Part shown: positions 60,452 to 62,932 of the stretch, one piece after another | How positions within the stretch are numbered: position 1 is the first letter of the stretch | Layout: each line of letters starts with the position of its first letter | DNA from: Deltaproteobacteria bacterium | GTDB lineage: Bacteria; Desulfobacterota; GWC2-55-46; UBA9637; GWC2-42-11 | Assembly: GCA_016223005.1 (NCBI GenBank) | Contig: JACRPW010000040.1 | Span: 1 to 62,932 of the forward strand | Reading direction: 5' to 3' | DNA: 62,932 nucleotides | Position numbers and translations under genes: made by a program | Notes under the pieces: generated by a model | Seen by the model: only the letters and a program-made list of their open reading frames with translations | Told to the model about the DNA's origin: nothing | Databases searched by the model: none

Positions 60452-61129
60452 TCAACCCCTTTGCAGATGACTGCCCGCAGTCTCTGTCACATGTGAAACA
60501 GCCATGCCTGTTTTTTTCTGTCTAACTAAAATCAGTTCAAGTCTTGTTGCATAGTATTCCATCTCCTCAACGGTCTTCTCGACCTTTGTCAAGAAAAAGT
60601 TGTATGGAACAAGAGTTGTGATTGCAACGGCGAGTCCTGTTGCAGTAGCAATCAGCGCCTCTGCAACACCCCCTGTAACAGCATGCGGCTGGCCGAGCCC
60701 TGCAAGGGACATAATATCAAACGACCGAACCATGCCGATTATTGTGCCGAGAAGTCCGAGAAGAGGCGCAAGGGTTATTATCGTATCCATTGCAGGAAGG
60801 TATTTTTTAATCTTGATTACCTCTTCTGTTGCAATAGATTCCATTGCAATGCTTGCCCCCGCATGGTTTAAGCGGGGGTCTGCTGATGGGTTTTTGTTTT
60901 CAACACCTGCCGCAAGCATTGTGATTAAAGATGATTTGCTTGCCCTTGCCTTTTCCATCCCATCTTTTTCTTTGCCTGTCTCAATAAGTTTTAGAAATTC
61001 TAATGCGGAAATACCTTTTCTCTGTCCAAACCAGAATAAAGCCCTGTCTATCATAACCGCAACAGATATAACAGAGCATAAAATCAGCGGCGCCATCACA
61101 AAACCGCCCTTTGCTATGATTTCAAACAT
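60452..61129 (-). CDS. exbB: ExbB/TolQ/MotA proton-channel protein
   Basis: The ATG follows gggagg. LAPLLGLLGTIIGM and GGVAEALIATATGL are present. Confidence 0.9.
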   Translation of the reverse strand: MFEIIAKGGFVMAPLILCSVISVAVMIDRALFWFGQRKGISALEFLKLIETGKEKDGMEKARASKSSLITMLAAGVENKNPSADPRLNHAGASIAMESIATEEVIKIKKYLPAMDTIITLAPLLGLLGTIIGMVRSFDIMSLAGLGQPHAVTGGVAEALIATATGLAVAITTLVPYNFFLTKVEKTVEEMEYYATRLELILVRQKKTGMAVSHVTETAGSHLQRG

Positions 61130-61221
61130 TAGAACCTCCCTTATTAAAAACAAATAAAAAATCAAATATTAAATATTAAAATTAAGGAATTATTTTTATT
61201 AAATTTTTACATTTTGATTTG

Positions 61222-62634
61222 TCATTTTGCATTTTGCATTTTGATTTTTGAATTTTCTATTGACCCTATCTTTACCACCGTCTTTGTAAACCTGATTTCC
61301 TCATATGACCATGCAATAAGAATATTGTCATCCCTATCAATTGCAACCACAGGGTCGTGGGATTTCCTTACCCCATCGTTAATCTGCACTGGTTCCGAAA
61401 GGGTTTCACCATCAAGGTATCTAAAGAAGATTCTGCTGTAAACAGGCGTTGTCTCTTCCCATATGAAAAACACTTTCCCTTCTCTATTTACAGCAAGTTT
61501 TGGATGGTCAGGAAACCCAGACAGGCGAGACGGCTGTCCTAATGAGTTTACCTGCATTCTTTTTGAAAATGTCTTTGCATTATCATTTGAAAATGCAAAG
61601 TAAACTGAAGGCACACCTTCTGCTCCCTCTGTGTACCATGTGATGTAAAGAAAACCATTTTGAGCAGTTCCTAATGAAGAACCCCTGTGCGGACATCCTG
61701 CAATCGCCCATTTGTCTTCGCTTACAATAGCAGGCACAGAGAAAGTCCTGCCATTGTCTTTTGATGCTGCAACTACCATATCCCTGATGTCTCCTCCTTG
61801 CTTAATGCCCCCGATAGAGCCATTCGAGGGCAGGTCCGCAGGGACAGGTCTGAAAACCTTTCTCCATGAGGCATAAACATTTCCTTGAATATCTGATGTT
61901 ATGGCTGCCCTGCAGCACGGGCAGGTATCTTCATCAAGTTTTATATTTTTCTCAAATGTCTTACCGCCGTCAATTGACCTTGCATAGTATGTTCCGGTAG
62001 TGCCTGCTTTTTTGCTGTGTGCCAAAATAAGAGGATATGAGGCAGCAATCCTTGTAAATTTACTATTACTGGGGACAGATTTAAAATCTGTCCCCAATGC
62101 CCTGCCGTCAAACCAGACAACATGTATAGCGCCGTCTTTTCCAACCGTCATATTTTCAAAACCCCTTGAGGCAGTTGATTTGTCATCATTAACAATTACA
62201 GGTTTTTGAAATCGCAGTCCTCCATTAATAGAACGGCTGAGTAAAATATTTGAGCCTCTATTTCTTGGTGATGACCACAGAACATATAATTCATTGTTTA
62301 CACCAACGGCAATTTCAGGATTTGCATGGACGCCGTTCATGCCCATTCCCCTTGGGTTTACCCTTACCGCACTAGCACTGGGGACAGATTTTAAATCTGT
62401 CCCCGCAGCAACATAGATATTTACACCATCAGCATCCTCTCTTGCCCATGCTATGTATATCCTGCCGTTGCTGTCAGATGCAATTGAAGGGGACGACACT
62501 TTCTTGTCAGGATGACTTATGCTGACAGATGGGCTGAACATAACATCTGCTGCCAGACATAAAGTTGTATACATTATAAAAAATGCCGCGAAGAAACAAT
62601 TTGAAATTTGAAATTTGAAATTTGAAATTTTCAT
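61222..62634 (-). CDS. secreted BNR/Asp-box repeat (sialidase-fold) beta-propeller protein
   Basis: Signal peptide ends CLA/AD. Asp-boxes SINGGLRF, SIDGGKTF, SKDNGRTF and SNDNAKTF. The 5' and 3' ends are encoded by heptamer repeats. Confidence 0.8.
   Translation of the reverse strand: MKISNFKFQISNCFFAAFFIMYTTLCLAADVMFSPSVSISHPDKKVSSPSIASDSNGRIYIAWAREDADGVNIYVAAGTDLKSVPSASAVRVNPRGMGMNGVHANPEIAVGVNNELYVLWSSPRNRGSNILLSRSINGGLRFQKPVIVNDDKSTASRGFENMTVGKDGAIHVVWFDGRALGTDFKSVPSNSKFTRIAASYPLILAHSKKAGTTGTYYARSIDGGKTFEKNIKLDEDTCPCCRAAITSDIQGNVYASWRKVFRPVPADLPSNGSIGGIKQGGDIRDMVVAASKDNGRTFSVPAIVSEDKWAIAGCPHRGSSLGTAQNGFLYITWYTEGAEGVPSVYFAFSNDNAKTFSKRMQVNSLGQPSRLSGFPDHPKLAVNREGKVFFIWEETTPVYSRIFFRYLDGETLSEPVQINDGVRKSHDPVVAIDRDDNILIAWSYEEIRFTKTVVKIGSIENSKIKMQNAK
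62071..62095. repeat. 25-nt perfect palindromic element inside the BNR CDS
   Basis: GGGGACAGAT-TTAAA-ATCTGTCCCC, translated as GTDFKSVP. Confidence 0.9.
62380..62404. repeat. second copy of the 25-nt palindromic element inside the BNR CDS
   Basis: GGGGACAGAT-TTTAA-ATCTGTCCCC, translated as GTDLKSVP. The flanks (cccagt..tagt) are also shared with the first copy. Confidence 0.9.
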
Positions 62635-62637
62635 AAT

Positions 62638-62932
62638 CTATTTCCTCCAATGGTATGTAATCCCTGCATAAAATGTCCTCGGCATGCCCGGGTTATATGA
62701 GGCAGAACCGCTGGATGACTTGGATGCGCTTTCAGCATAGAGTTCGTCAGTAACATTCATCGCCCTTGCATAAAGTTCCCATGACTTATTTAATTTATAC
62801 AATGCCCTGATATTCAATAAATCGTGCCCCTCATACTGTTCAGTATTCGCATCGTCAAGCCAATACTTGCCAAGTTTTAGCCATTCCAATTCAACCCTGC
62901 TTCCACCCAAAAAAGAAGGTTCATACCACAAA
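62638..62932 (-). CDS. TonB-dependent receptor, C-terminal end (5' part lies beyond the window)
   Basis: Terminal beta-strands ...NVTDELYAESA...PRTFYAGITYHW. The gene is partial. Confidence 0.75.
   Translation of the reverse strand, partial: LWYEPSFLGGSRVELEWLKLGKYWLDDANTEQYEGHDLLNIRALYKLNKSWELYARAMNVTDELYAESASKSSSGSASYNPGMPRTFYAGITYHWRK

Overview
This is a 62.9-kb AT-rich chromosomal segment (about 40% GC by eye, not computed) from what looks like an uncultured anaerobic bacterium. Gene content is compatible with a Nitrospirota/Thermodesulfovibrio-like or deltaproteobacterial lineage, but that cannot be verified here. Most of it is housekeeping: recG, dnaB, rplI-rpsR-rpsF, rseP, tsaB, tatAC, addAB, smpB-ssrA, ispE, prs, ctc, pth, hppA, mtnA, tig-clpP-clpX-lon, secA, gmhA, six tRNAs and a tmRNA. 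Accessory modules: (1) a Rieske-less cytochrome c / cytochrome b6 / subunit-IV-cytochrome c operon translationally coupled to two 7-bladed Vgb/NHL-type beta-propellers. (2) A copper/envelope-stress island with a BlaI-like repressor, a BlaR1-like M56 protease carrying a Cys/His tail, two identical-architecture operators, Met-rich periplasmic proteins, a YHS-domain CopA, a PCYCGC protein and HtrA. (3) A partial hyp cluster with a zinc-finger-less HypA and a C-terminal-only HypF. (4) A TonB-ExbBD-BNR-TBDR operon next to a VapBC pair. Two window-wide oddities stand out. First, degenerate heptanucleotide tandem arrays form intergenic inverted-repeat hairpins, encode signal peptides, and sit in frame inside conserved proteins. 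Second, conserved genes are disrupted at unusually high density: four in-frame stops, three frame breaks, and several internal or terminal truncations. No CRISPR array, rRNA, intact transposase or integrase was seen.
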